Of a DNA stretch of 64,000 nt, positions 1 through 14,121 are shown piece by piece. The notes beneath the pieces are model-generated. The model had not been told where the DNA came from. It did not search any database and was given only the letters and a program-made list of their open reading frames with translations. Each line of letters opens with the position of its first letter. The first letter of the stretch is position 1. Both the position numbers and the translations under genes were made by a program. Source of the stretch: Mobula birostris (taxonomy: Eukaryota); NCBI RefSeq assembly GCF_030028105.1, contig NC_092401.1, positions 8,528,984 through 8,592,983 of the forward strand, written 5' to 3'.

Positions 1-400
1 TATTCACTGGAATTCAGAAGAATGAGGGGTGTCCTCATTGAAACTTATTGAATGGTGAAAGGCCTTGAGAGAGTGGATTCTTCCTACGGTGGGAAAGTCT
101 AAGACTAGAGCACACAGCCTCAGAATAGAGGGGCATCCTTTTAGAATGGAGACGAGGAGGAATTTCTTCAGACAGAGGGTGGTGAATCTGTGGAATTTTT
201 TGCCACAGGCAGCTGTGGAGACCAAGTCTTTACGTATATTTATGACTGAGGTTAATAGATTCTTGATTAGTCAGAGGCAGAAGGGAAACAGGGAGAAGGC
301 AGGAGATTGGGGCTAAGAGGAAAAGTGGATCAGCCATGATGAAATGGTGGAGCAGACTCGATGGGCCAAATGGCCTACTCCTGCTCCTATGCCTTATGGG
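1..400 (+). mobile_element. CR1 3' fragment
   Basis: KTRAHSLRIEG...RNFFRQRVVNLWN plus the 3' UTR hairpin. Confidence 0.85.
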
Positions 401-649
401 ATCTGTACACTCACTTAATTAAAGTCCGTTATTGACAAAGGTGTGGTGTGCTGCATGCAGATTTGCTACTGATATAAAAAATACAAGGGTGATAAAGTTG
501 CCTGTGAAAAGGATGCAGAGACTCCACCAGAGAACTGAAGGGGAAAAGATTGTGCATAATATAGGAAAATACAGGATTACTGATTTTATTGGAAGAACAA
601 TATTTTATACCAAAAGGAGAAATAGCTAATGTTGACCAAGGGGTGTCAA

Positions 650-3600
650 GACCACAAGACCTTGGAGCAGAAACAGGCTATTTGGGCCATTGAGTTTGTT
701 CTGCTATTCCATTATGGCTAATTTATTACCTCTCTCAACCTCAATCTCCTGCCTTCTCCCCGGTAACCTTTAACACCTTTACTAATCAAGAACCTACCAA
801 CCTCTGCTTTAAATATACACAATGAACTGGTCTCCACAGCCGTCTGTGGCAATGTATTCCACAGATTCACCACCCTCTGGCTAAAGAAATTCCTTCTCAT
901 TTCTGTTCTAAAGGGATGTGGTAAAGGCTGTGTCTTCTGACCCCAGACTCCCAACTATAGGAAACATCCTCTGAATATCCATTCTGTGTAGGGCTTTCAA
1001 TATTCCATAGGTTTCACTGATATCCCCAAATCACCCCTACCCCTGCCACCTCTTTCTTCAGAATCAGAACCAGAACTTTCACTTTCATTCCTGGGATCAT
1101 TCTTGTGAACCTCTTCTGGACCCTCTCCAATGCCAGTACATCCTTTCTGAGAAAAGAGACCCAAAACTGCTCACAATATTCCAAATGCAGTCTCACCAAT
1201 GCCTTATAAAGCCTCAGCATTACATCCCAGCTTTTATATTCTACTCCTCGCAAAAAAGAATGCTAACATTGCATTCACATTCCTTCCACCAACTCAAGCT
1301 GCAAGGTAACTTTTAGAGAATACTGATCTAGGACTCCCATGTCCCTATGCCCCTCCAATTTATGAATTTTCTTCCCAGTTAGAAAACAGTCTATACTTTA
1401 ATTCCTTCTACTAATGTGCATGACCATACACTTCCCTACAGTATCTTCCATCTGCCACTTCTTTGCACCTTCTCCTAATCTGACCAAATCCTTCCAGAGA
1501 ATCTCTGCTTGCTCAACATTGCCTGCCCCTCCACCTATCTTTGTATTTTCTGCAAGCTTGACCACAAAGCCATCAATACCATCACTCAGATGAAGGGTCT
1601 CGGCCCGAAACGTCGACTGTACTTTTTTCCACAGTTGCTGCCTGGCCTGCTGAGTTCCTCCAGCATTTTATGAGTGTTGCTTCGATTCCCAGCATGTGCA
1701 GATTTTCTCTTGTTTGTGGTTGAATTCTATCATTTAGATGATTGATTCATTGCCAAAGATGCTTGATCGGGTTAAGGTCAGGACTCTGACTGGGCCACTC
1801 AAGGACATCTTTCTTCATTTGAAGCTACTCCATCGATGTGCTGGCAGTGTGCTTTGGGTTGCTGTCCTGCTGAAAGACAAACTACCTTCCCAGTTTATGC
1901 TTTATGGCAGAGACTAGAGACTAGCAGGTTTTTATCCAGGATCTCTCTGTATTTAGCAGCATTTATCTTCCCATCAACCTGACCAGATTTCCAGTCCTTG
2001 CTGTTGAAAAGCATCCCCATAGCATGATGCTACTTCTACCATACTTCACCGTAGGGACAGTGTTACTTTGCTGATTTACGCCACACATACCACTTAATGT
2101 TGAGGCCAAAAATTTCCACTTATCAACACGGGAAAGTATGCAGATGATGGAACCCCAAAGCAGCAAACACAAAGTGCTGAAGGAACTCAGCACTCCAGGC
2201 AGCATCTATGGAAATGAATAAACAGTTGCCATTTCATGCCTAGACCATTCTTTTAGTCTCATCCGATCACAAAACCTTCTTCCACATCTTTATAGTATCT
2301 TCTAAGTGATGCTTTGTAATGTCTTCATGGGCAAGGATACACTGCATTTTTTTTTTACCCAGGGCTTCTTCCTTGCCACTCTTCCATAAACCCGTTTTAT
2401 GCAAGGAAGGCCTTAGAGCTTGTGAAGCCATGAACTTCATCTCCAGTTGTAGTCACTCGCTTCTGCAGCTCACTGAGAGTGACTGTTGGTGTCACAGTAG
2501 CCTCTCTTACAAGTGTCATTCTTCAGTGACTAAGTTTAGAGGGGCGGCTTGACTTAGACAGTGTGGCTGTAGTTTCATATTTTTCCCACTTTTTCACAAT
2601 GGACTGCACTGAACCCTGAGACATGGCCAGTGCCTTTGAGATGGTCTTGTACCCTTCCCCAGAGTTGTGCTTTTCTGTTATCATTTCCCTGACTTGTTTT
2701 GAATGCTCTTTTGTCTTCGTTTTGGTTTGGCCTTTTGAAAATCTACCATACTGTAGGACCTTACAGAGCAAGGGGGTATTTATTATTATGAATTCATTGA
2801 AAAAATTAATTTTATACATCATCAAATTGGGTGAGTAGGAAAGGTAATATACCTGAGGAAAGTTGGCATGTAATTATAAAACCTCACAATTTTGGTTTTT
2901 AATTTTTAGTAGACAGGTTTTGGAATTTTTCTTTTTATTTGACATAAGGCATAATGTTTTGATGATTAGTACAAAAAAGCCTACTTCGACATATCTTAAA
3001 TTTAGAAAACAAGATATTAAAATGTGAAAATAGTTGTGGGGGCTGGATATTTTTTCAAGGCACTGCGTATAACTTGAAAAGAAGCAGTCCTGAAACTGAC
3101 CCCTGCAGACCATCACGAGTCACTGACAGCCAATTAGAAAAGGCTCTCTTTATTCCCACTCTTTGCCTCCTGCCAGTAAGTCAACCTTCTTTCTTTTTCC
3201 AATATTTTTATTAACTAATTTACATATAAGAATACAGAGTACAGGAAAAAAAATATATCAGTACATTATACTAAATCGCATATAAAGACTCCTTCCCCTA
3301 TATTCATACAAGTTAATTAAGTTGTAACATTCGATCTTCTATCCATGCTAGCATCTCTCACGTAATACCTTGGGCTGTTATCTTGCTATGCAGTGTCATG
3401 TGCAGCACCTGTCAAAGGCCTTCTGAAAATCTAAATAGACAACATCCATCGATTCTCCTTTGTCTATCCTGCTTGTTATTTCTTCAAAGAATTCCAACAA
3501 AATTGTCAGACAGGATTTTCCTTTAAGGAAACTATGCTGACTTTAGCCTATTTTATCTTGTGCCTCCAAATACCCTGAAACCTCATCCTTAACAATCAAC

Positions 3601-4960
3601 TCCAACATCTTCCTAACCACTGAGGTAAGACTAACTGGCCCTATAATTTGCTTTCTTCTGCCCCTCTCATTTTTTGAAGAGTGGGGTGACATCTGCAATT
3701 TTCCAGTCTTCCGGAACCATTCTAGAATCCACTGATTCTTGAAAGATCATTACTAATGCCTCCACAATTTCTTCAGCTACCACTTTTAGAACCCTGGGGT
3801 GTACTCCATCTGGTCCAGATGACTTAGCTACAGTACCTTCAGACTTTTCAGTGTTTCCAAGCACCTTCTCCATAGTAGTAGCAACAATACTCACTTCTGC
3901 CGCCCCCCCCCCCACACTCTTCCATTTCTGGCATTCTGCTGGTGTCTTCCACAGTGAAAACTGATGCAAAATACTCGATAAGTTCACCTGCCATTTCTTT
4001 GTCCATCATTACTACTTCTCCAGTGTCATTTTCCAGCTGTCTGATATCCACACTCATCTCTCTTTTACTCGATATATCTGAAAACTCTTTTGGTATCCTC
4101 TTTTATATTATTGGCTAGCTTACCTTCATATTTCATCTTTTCTCTCTTTATGGTTTTCTTAGTTGCCCTCTGTTGGTTTTGAAAAGTTTTCCAATCCCCT
4201 GCCTTCCAACTAATTTTTGCTATATTTTACGTCCTCTCTTTTGCATTTGTACTGTTTTTAACATCCCTTGTCAAACAATGTTGCATTATCCTCCCTTTAG
4301 AATATTTATTTATCCTTGCAATATCCTGTGCCTTCTGTATTGCCCCCAGGAACTCCAGCCATTGCTATTCTGCCTTCATCCCTGATAGTGTCCCCTTCCA
4401 ATCAACTTTAGTCAACTCCTCTCTCGTGCCTCTGTAATTCCCTTTATTGCACTATAAGACTGATATATCTGACTTTAGCTTCACTCTCTCAAATTGCAGA
4501 GTGAATTTGATCATATTATGATCACTGCTTCCTAAAGGTTCCTTTACCTTAAGCTCCCTAATCAAATCTGGTTCATTATATAACACCCATTCCAGCATTG
4601 TTGTTCCCCTAGTGGGCTCAATCACAAGCTGACCTAAATACCTCTCAAATTTGTAGGCATTCTACAAATTCCCTCTCTTGGGATCCAGCACCAACCTGAT
4701 TTTCTCAATCTGCCTGCATATTGAAATCACCACGACTATCGTAACATGACCATTTTTACATACCTTTTTTTAATCTTCCACTGCAAATTATATCCCATAT
4801 CCAGTCTACTGTTCAGAGGCAGGTATATAACTCTCATCAAGATCTTTTTATCCTTGCTGTTTCCTAAATCTACCCACAAGGATTCTACATCTTCAGATCC
4901 TATGTCACGTCTTTCTAAGGATTTGATTTCATTTTTACCAACAGAACCATCCCTCTGCCT
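650..4960 (-). mobile_element. Old CR1 LINE interrupted by nested Tc1 and Penelope-derived insertions
   Basis: Collinear minus-strand remnants: LYKALVR.HLEYC (1014-1253) and KSSGPDGVHPRVLK...PEDWKIADVTPLFKK (3667-3987). Confidence 0.85.
1750..3066 (-). mobile_element. Tc1-family DNA transposon remnant
   Basis: Terminus CAGTGCCTTG at ~3065. Paired-like HTH (SGEGYKTISKAL...VQSIVKKW), [14 protein letters not shown] and PSQSPDLNPI motifs. Confidence 0.88.
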
Positions 4961-7900
4961 ACCTCAAATTTCAAAATTCAAAGTAATTTTATTATCAAAG
5001 TATATATATGTCACCATATACAACCCCGAGATACATTTTTTGTGGGCATACCCAATAAATCTATTTACTGATAACCATAACAGAATCAATGAGAGACCAC
5101 CCAACTGGGGTGTTCAACCAATGTGCAGACGACAACAGACTGTGCAAATACAAAAAGATAATAAATAAATAAGAAATTAATATTGAGAACATGACATGAA
5201 GAGTCCGTTAAAGTGAGTCCATTGTTTGTGGAAACATTTCAATGATGGGCCAAGTTAAGTTGAGTGAAGTTATCCCCTTTGGTTCAAGAGCCCGATGGTT
5301 GAGGAGTAATAACTGAGCCTGGACCTGGTGGGGTGAGTCCTGAGGCTCCTGTACCCTCTTCCTGATGGTGCGGCAAGAAGAGAGCATGTCATGGGTGGTG
5401 AAGGTCCCTGATATTATCAATATACTCCCCGGGAAGGATTCCTGATTCAATACGTAGATGGGCCAGCTGGAGGAGAGGCCTTCTCCGCAAACTCCTAAGA
5501 AGAAGAGGTGCTGTCTTGCTTTCTTTGTCATTGCGCTTACGTGCTGGGCCCAGGACAGGTCCTTCGAAATAATAACACCAAGGAATTTTGAGTTGCTAAT
5601 CCTTTGCTCCTCCGATAATGATACCTGTACTTTCGATACAATACATATCCTTGGATGTTAAGTTCCCAACTATGATCAGTAAAGGTCTCATCTGTGTGGT
5701 TTTCAGCCTCCCACACGGTCCTGTGTATATCCACTGCTTTGCCTCCTGCCTGTCAGCCAGTCTTCTGTCCATACCAGTATCTTTTCTGTAATACGACGGG
5801 TTCTTGTTTAGCTGAAGTTAACATGCAAGTACACAGTTAGGAGTGAAAACAGTACATTGGCCTTTACTGGAGCCCTCACTGCAGCTGTGGCGGCTATTGG
5901 AGAAACCATGCCTAAGGAAGAGTGTGGCCGCCAAGGAGACAATGCATCAGAGTTTCACTGGAGTTTCACCCTGCTCCAGCCAATGAGGTCAGCTCTCAGT
6001 CCTCCTGCCTCCACTGTGTTGAGGGAACTCCTACTCCAGCTATCCTCAGAGAACGATCCCATCATCCCAAGACTCAGTCTGTTGAAGCATGCCTGCGAGA
6101 CAATGTGGCTACAACTCCCTGCTTTTGACCTCAGATTATGCTGCAGCAAGACGGGATGTTTGTAGACACAAGGGATTAATCATAAATGCAAATCATTCAC
6201 GTAGAGGTTGAGTGGCTGGAGCACAGGCCATGTTATCACATTAAACAAGTCCCATTGCTTCCTTTGAGATGGAAGGGGGGCTTTAACTTGGTGAGTTCTG
6301 GGACTCAGAGAGGAAACTCTCTCAGTTTGTTGTTTATTTATTAATCCATCATTCCCTGGGATTCTGGTCTCTTCAGAACATAGCACATAGAATGGTTCAG
6401 CACACGTGACCATTTTCTCTCCCACTGCAATTCCTGAAATTTTCCTTCCTCCCCAAAAAGCAGCTGGCTAGTTGTAGTCACTGGTATCTGTTACCCTCTG
6501 GCCCATAACCTGTCTGATCATTATTTAAATATGACTGATGTTGGATCTGGAGTTTTTGATCCGGAGATTCTTCGGAAGTCAATATGAGGAATAAAATTTG
6601 ATGGTTATGGCCATTTTATTACAAAGAAGGGAAAAAAAGAAACCATGGTTGTCTCATACTCAGACTAGAGATAAAAGCACATTCCATTGATGAGATGTAA
6701 CCTATGAATTAGCCAGATTCAAACAGCAAGACACCTGCTGCACAGAAACTGGGGAGCTTCTAGAAAATACAAATCATCTTCACTACAGTACCTGGAAAAG
6801 TTACTGACAATTACACACACACTCAGTAGCCACACTCCTGTACTTAATGAAGTGACCACTGAGTATGTTCGTGGTCTTCTGCTGTAGCCCATCCACTTCA
6901 GGGTTTGACATACCATATGAGATGCTTTTCTGTATCCCACTGTTGCTACTTTCCCATCCTCCTGAACCAGTCTGACCTCTCTCATTAACAAGGCATTCTC
7001 GCCCTTAGAAATGCCACTGAATGGATTTTGGGTCCCCCCCCCCCCCCCCACACCATTCTCTGTAAACTCTAGAAAATGTTGTGCATGAAAATCACTGGAG
7101 ATCAGCAGTTTCTGAGAAACTGAAACTTCCCTGTCTGGCACCAACAATCACTGCACGATCAAAGTCACTGAGATGACGTTTATTCCCCATCCTGATGTTT
7201 GGTCTGAACCTTTTCATTTGTAGAGTCACAGCTACACAGAGAGAGGACATCATGTAGGGATTGTCCACTGAGTCAGTATGGGTGAAAGTCAGAAATAGGA
7301 AGGGAGAAACCACTCTATCAGGCATATTCTATAGACACCCTAATAGCACCAGAGGCACCAAGGAACAGATTGGGAGGTAGATTTTGGAAAGGCACAAAAG
7401 TAACAGGTTGTCGTCATGGTGAACTTCAACTTCTCTAATATTAATCGGTAGCTCATTAGTGCAAAATGTTTGGAAGGGGCAGAATTTGTTAGGTGTGTCC
7501 AGGAAGGATTCCTGATTCAATATGTAGACAGGCCAGCTAGAGGAGAGGCCATCCTGGATCTGGTATGAGGCAATGAATCAGGTCAGGTGTCAGATCTCTT
7601 GGTGGGTGAGCAGTTCGGAGAGAGTGACCACAACTCCATGGCCTGGGAGAGTGGTAGGAGCAGGCAGCAAGGAAAAGAATTTAATTGGAGGAAAGTGAAC
7701 TACAATGCAGGAACTGGGGAGCATAAATTGGGAATGGATGTACTCGGAAATGCACAACAGAAATGTGGTGGTTCTTTAGGGAGCACTTGCTGGGGGTTCT
7801 GGGTAGGTTTATGCCATCGAGGCAGGGCAGGACTATAACATGCAGGAGCAGAATTAGAAACGAAAGTGAGTCCGTAGGTTGTGGAATCAGTTTCGTGTTG

Positions 7901-10900
7901 GGGCATGTGAGGTTATCCACTCTGATTCAGAAGCCTGATGGATGAGGGGTAATGCCTGTTCCTGTACCTGGTTTTGTGGGACCTAAGGCTCCTGTACCTC
8001 CTTCTTTATGGCAGCAGTGAGAAGAGAGCATGGCCTGGATGGTGGGGGTTGCCGATGATGGATGCTGCTTTCCGAGGACAGAGACCAGACTTGCTCGTAT
8101 GCAACAGCTGAACATGGTAGGACCAATTAACCAGACAGCTGATGAATCATTTGACACCCTGAACTTAGTACAAAAGGCAAAAGAGTATGCTGAACGTTCA
8201 TATAAAACACTAATTTGACCTTACCTGGAATATGAGTCCAATTCTAGCCATGGAAAGTTCAGGGGAATATTGAGGGATATATTGGACTGTGCCTGGAATG
8301 AAAGACTGGAAAAGTTGGAATTGATCAAAATCAGAATCAAGTTTATTATCATGGACATTATATCATGATGTTTGTTGTGTAATGGCAGCAGTACAGTAAA
8401 ATACATAATTTATTGTCCATTCAGAAATCCAGTGAGGGGAAGAAGCCATTTCTAAAACATTAGGTGTGTGCCTTCAGGCTCCTGTACATTCTCTCTGACC
8501 ATAGTAACGAGAAGAGTGTATGATCTGGGTGGTGATGGGTTCTTGATGACAGATGATGCTTTTTTGAAGATGTCCTTGATGTGAGGATGCTGGTGCCCAT
8601 AGTGGAGCTGGCTGAGTTTACAACCCTCTGCAGCTTTTTCTGATCCAGTGTAGTGGCCCCTCCAAACGAGATGGTGATATACACCCAGTTAGAATGCTCT
8701 CCACAGTACATCTGTAGAAATTAACAGGTCTTTGGTGTCATACCAAATTCTTAAAGAAATATAACCACTGGCGTGTCTTTTTGTAATTGCATCAATATGT
8801 TGCATCTAGGGAAGACCTTCAGAAATGTTGATACCCAGAAACTTGAAACTACTCACTCTTTTCACTGCCAATCCCTCAATGAGTTTGTATTCCCTTGACT
8901 TCCCCCTCCTGAAGTCCACAACCAATTCCATGATTGTTCTTAGAGTCCATAACATCAAGAGGAGATTTGGTGGAAGAAGGGTTTAGGTAAAGTAAACAGA
9001 CACTATTTCAGGTGGCCGAAGATTGCGTAGCCTGAGATGCCTGTTAAAGAGGATTGGCCAATAAGTAGGACGATGGGAGTTGGGGTGAAAGGTCACTTTA
9101 CAGCCCAGAGGGCGGTGAACATCACAAGACTCTGAATGGTTGGAACATGAGGTCAGTGGCCCGGTTGACTAGTTCAATCAGAGCCTTCATGCAGAAAAAG
9201 GGTAAATGCCCAAAGGAGGATAAAATTGAGAAATAAGGAGCAAAAATGGGATGGTCTTAGTTGAATTTTGAGACTTAATTACCAGAGAGAGGGGTCTGGT
9301 CTTCAGGAGTTAAATTCCAGGAAGAGTCTGTCTTTGAAGCTCTCATCCCTTATCAGTGAAAGAACACACAAGAATGTGTCATTGGAAAATAATTCCCATT
9401 CCTCAACATTAATAGAAAGCCCCTGCAAATGTACTTCAGTGTGGAATATCCACCCTGGAACTGGGAGGTAATGTGGCTCTTGGAACTGATACTTAAATCC
9501 TTTACTCAGCCCTTTCATCCTCTGATATCCTTTCCCAATTAAAATGCAATGCCTTAGAAGCTCCAAATGTCCTTTTGCAGCCAATCCTTTTGGAGCAAGA
9601 ATTCCAGATTTCCACCAGCTTTTTGTGGAAAGAAATGTTCCCTCATTTTCCTCTTGAAAGGCCTAATTCAAATTTTCTAGACAGAACTTCCACTTTCAGT
9701 GTTCAATTCCACCCCCCGCACCCCCCCCACCCCCCAGCTCCATCAATATTGCCCACCAACAACCAGAGCTCAGAGGGAGTTCCTGGAGTGAAAGAATTTG
9801 GATAAAGGATTTTCCTTGATTGGTGGGATCTGGAGAAATGGAATTCCTTTTGTGTTAGAATATATGTATAGGGGTATCGGGGTTTGGAGACATTAGAGAC
9901 TGCAGATGCTGGAACCTGGAGCCAAAAGCAAACTACTGAAGGATCAGGCAGCATCTGCAGTGGGAGACACACAGTCAAAATCTTAGGACAAGATCCTTCT
10001 TCTGGTTTTGGAATGGTTGGGTATTTGGGGCATTCTGGCTCGCTCCACACCAGACAGAATGGAAAGGTTTACCCAAATCTGCTTTTGAGATTATAGGAGT
10101 TAGGCAAACACCTTAGAACCTCCTCATTAGTCAAGAAGGCACAGTATGGTCTACACTTTCTGAGGAGATTAAGGCGTGCAGGTCTCCCCGTTCCCATTTT
10201 AATAACTTTCTATAGGAACACCATCGAGGGTGTCCTGACTGGCTACACCACTGTGTGGTATGGAAACTGAGGATTTACCAGGACCGTTGTATATGAAGGG
10301 CCAAAACAATTTTAAGAATCCCAACCATCTATTCCACAATCTGATCCATTACTATCAGGATGGAGGTTCAGGGGCATCAGGACTAGGACTGTCAGAATGG
10401 GCAACAGCTTCTCCCCTCAGGCTGTCTGACTAATGAATGTCCTGCCACCACTGAGATCTCATCACAAGGACAGGGACCTGTTTACTGTACTGCTCACCGT
10501 TTACTCACACTGCACATTTCATTTGCACTTTGAATTAAATTGTATTAACATATTTATGGTAATACTTTATTTTCTGTGCTGTGTGTGAATTATGTATCAC
10601 AGGTGCACCATGGTCTGGAGGAATGTTGTGTTGTTTGGTTGTATATGTACAGTCAGATAACAATAAACTTGACTTGGTGTGTGTGTGGCGGGGTGTACAG
10701 AGACCTGCTGAAATGGTGAAAATTCCTTCATCAGCTTCCCACGTAATACGGGTAAGCATCCCCTTACTGACCTGAACATTCTATGGGGAACTGTGTGATA
10801 CACAGGGCACTTTAACCTCTCAGTCAATAGTTTACCAGCTCTTCTCAATGCACAGTGTAGGACGAGCCAGGATTCTACGGGTTTACAGTGCTTTTGCTAT

Positions 10901-11228
10901 TCATCATAGTTGGCATTTTTCTCAACCTCATTCCCCTGCCCTCTCCCTGTAATCCCCACTACCAATCAAAAACCTATTATTCTTTGCCTAAAACACCCAA
11001 TAATTTGGCCTCCACAGTTGTTGTGGCAATGAATTCTGTAGGTTCCTCACCATCTAGCTATAGAAATTTCCCCTCACCTCAATTCTAAAGGGATTTTCTT
11101 TTATTTTGAAGATGTGCCCTCAGATCCTATACCCTCCTACTAATGGAAACAGCCTCTCCACACCCACTCTATCAATATTCAGTTGTTTACTAAGATTCTC
11201 CTTCATCCTTCCGAACACTGAGTACAGG

Positions 11229-11771
11229 CAACACTCACAACATGCTGAAGGAACTCAGCAGGTCGGGCAGCATCCGTGGAAAAGGTCGGTTGATGTCCAT
11301 ACATGGCCTCCTCTACTGCCATGATGAGGCTAAACTCAGGTTGGAGGAGCAACATCTCATATACCGTCTAGGTAGTCTCCAGCCCCTTGGTATGAACATA
11401 GAATTCTCCAACTTCCGGTAATTCCCTCCCCTTCCCTCAGTTTCACTCTGCCCCCTCCCTCATGGTTCCGCCTCCTTCTACTACCCATTGTTTTCCCCTA
11501 TTCCTTCTTCACCTTTCCTGCCTATCCCTTCCCCCACCCCTTTATCTTTCCCCTTACTGGTTTTTCACCTGGAACCTACTGGCCTTCTCCTTCCCACCCT
11601 CCCCCCACCTTCTTTATAGGGCCTCTGCCCCTTCCCTCTACAGTCCTGATGAAGGATTCCAGCCTGAAACGTTGACCGATCTTTTCCACGGATGCTGCCC
11701 GACCTGCTGAGTTCCTCCAGTGTGTTGTGGGTGTTGCTTTGACCCCAGCATCTGCAGATTATTTTGTGTTT
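11229..11771 (+). mobile_element. Penelope-like element 3' end with an inverted terminal copy
   Basis: Inverted arm, GIY-YIG C-terminus (IHGLLYCHDEAKLRLEEQHLIYRLGSLQPLGMNIEFSNFR*), CT-rich UTR, hammerhead motif and 3' arm. 12-bp TSD ACTGAGTACAGG at 11217-11228 and 11772-11783. Confidence 0.85.
11641..11678 (+). ncRNA. Minimal type I hammerhead ribozyme motif
   Basis: cagtc-CTGATGA-aggattccagcct-GAAA-c-GTT-gaccg, inside a Penelope 3' end. Confidence 0.55.
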
Positions 11772-13386
11772 ACTGAGTACAGGTCCAGGGCTATTGAATT
11801 ATCCACATACATTTAACCTTTTGTTCCAGGGATCATTCTTGTGAATCAATTTTGCCAGGGTCAGCACATCATTGGTTTTACATAGGGCCCAAAATTCCTT
11901 ATTCTATTCCAAATGCAGTCTGACCAAAGCCTCATAAAGCTTCATCAATACATCCCTGTTTGTATGTTTTAGCCCTCTTGAAATGAACGCTAACGCTGCA
12001 TTAGCCTTCTTTACTGGTGACTTGACCTAGAGTGACTCTGCGCAGCAGACCCACATCAGTCGGTGTACAGACCATCTCCTGGCCCTGACTGTGGGGAAGG
12101 TGGTCAGAACAAAGGGAGCTGAGACCCCATGCAACCACAACCTATTCTGATCACTCCCACCAATGGTCAATGCAGGCAGGTGCTTCCTGCCTTATAGCTG
12201 TTAATGCTTTTGCTCACGGTCGCAGCGAGGGGAGCTCGTCGGTGGAAATATTCTGTCTGAAACAGAAAGGGTGATTTGTGAAGGGCTGACAAGAGGTGCT
12301 GAGGGATTTACGAGGAAAGTCTGCAGGATTACTCGGAGAAAATTTGACTGAGCATTTCAAAGTATTGTGAATGTCAAAAGCATCTTGTGCATGATAGATT
12401 GATGGGAGAAGCACCTCGTTCAGAAAGTCCACAGGAATTCCCTCAGCATTCCAGGTCTGCGAAGAAGTCGAGGCTGCAGGAGCCAGCTCGGTGGCTGACT
12501 GACCGTCCCTCTCCGGCCCACCACACACCACTGCAAGACTCCTGGGCTCTCCCGCTCCTGAGTGAGGATACCATTTCCTGCTGAATAACCATCCAGCACT
12601 CAACAGAGGGTTGTCTGCTGGTGGTGTGATGGCACCTAACCCATGGCCAGTTGTACAGCAATCAGAGCAACCCACTATGTTAAACCCCAAGTCCCCCTTC
12701 TCCTATGGTCCACTCTCCTCTCCTATTAGATCCCAAATTGTCCAGCCCTTGACCATTTCCACTCACCTTCCCCTAGCCTACCCGCCATTTTATTCCGGTA
12801 TCTTCCCCCTTCCTTTCCAGTCCTGAAGAAGGATCTCGGCTGAAACATCGACTTTTTATTCATTTTTATGGATGCTGCCTGACCTGCTGAGTTCCTCCAG
12901 CATTTTGTGTCTGTTACTCTTGTCATTATGTTAGCTTGACGTTTATAATTTGATGGGAGTGTGGATTCCAATAGTTAGTAACTGCCTGTTACACTGCTGG
13001 TGTTTAGGGCAGCAGTGAAAGTCCTCCACGACTGTCTGTCCTTGGCCGTCTTCTCTGTTGTTCCGCAGCTGCGGTTCACCGTGTTGACGGATCCAATCAC
13101 ACTGTGTGTATGAGAGGTGTGCTGGGCAAGGAGCTGGTAGATGGTGCAGGAGGTGGTGTAGTGCTGATGGTTTATAGAACACACAATGTGAAGGGTGACA
13201 CATACAGAGCACTGAAGGTACAGTAGGTGACAAGATACACAGTGCTTAGTACGAAAGATCAATCACCACTAGGTGATATGAAATTTGCTGTTTTGCCAGG
13301 AGGGATATTGAGGCTTTGGAAAGGGTGTAGAAGAGGCTTACAATAGTTCTACCTGGTTTAAAGGGCATGTGCGATCAGGAGAGCTC

Positions 13387-14121
13387 AGCTAAGACTAAGG
13401 AGCTGGTGGTAGACCTGAGGAGAGCTAAGGTACCAGTGACCCCTGTTTCCATCCAGGGGGTCAGGGTGGACATGGTGGAGGATTACAAATACCTGGGGAT
13501 ATGAATTGACAATAAACTGGACTGGTCAAAGAACACTGAGGCTGTCTACAAGAAGGGTTAGAGCCGTCTCTATTTCCTGAGGAGACTGAGGTCCTTTAAC
13601 ATCTGCCAGATGATGGTGGGGATGTTCTGCGAGTCTGTGGTGGCCAGTGTGATCATGTTTGCTGTTGTGTGCTGGGGCAGCAGGCTGAGGGTAGCAGACA
13701 CCAACAGAATCAACAAACTCATTTGTAAGGCCAGTGATGTTGTGGGGATGGAACTGGACTCTCTGATGGCGGTGTCTGAAAAGAGGATGCTGTCTAAGTT
13801 GCATGCCATCTTGGACAATGTCTCCCATCCACTACATAATGTACTGGTTGGGCACAGGAGTACATTCAGCCAGAGACTCATTCGACAGAGATGCAACACT
13901 GAGTGTCATAGGAAGTCATTCCTGCCTGTGGCCACCAAACTTTACAACTCCTCCCTTGGAGGGTCAGACACCCTGAGCCAATAGGCTGGTCCTGGACTTA
14001 TTTCCTGGCACAATTTACATATTACTATTTAACTATTTATGGTTTTATTACTATTTAATTATGGTGCAACTGTAATGAAAACCAATTTCCCCCGGGATCA
14101 ATAAAGTATAACTATGACTAT
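13387..14121 (+). mobile_element. Rex1-clade LINE 3' fragment inserted in an old CR1
   Basis: KTKELVVD...YKYLG...RLYFLRRLRSF...SHPLH...RKSFLPVATKLYN; 3' end AATAAAG-TATAACTATGACTAT. Confidence 0.88.

Noticed and set aside
12214-12690. 158-aa minus-strand ORF in apparently unique sequence upstream of PSPN
   Set aside because: No recognisable domain or splice support. It could be non-coding regulatory DNA, but this cannot be shown without alignments.
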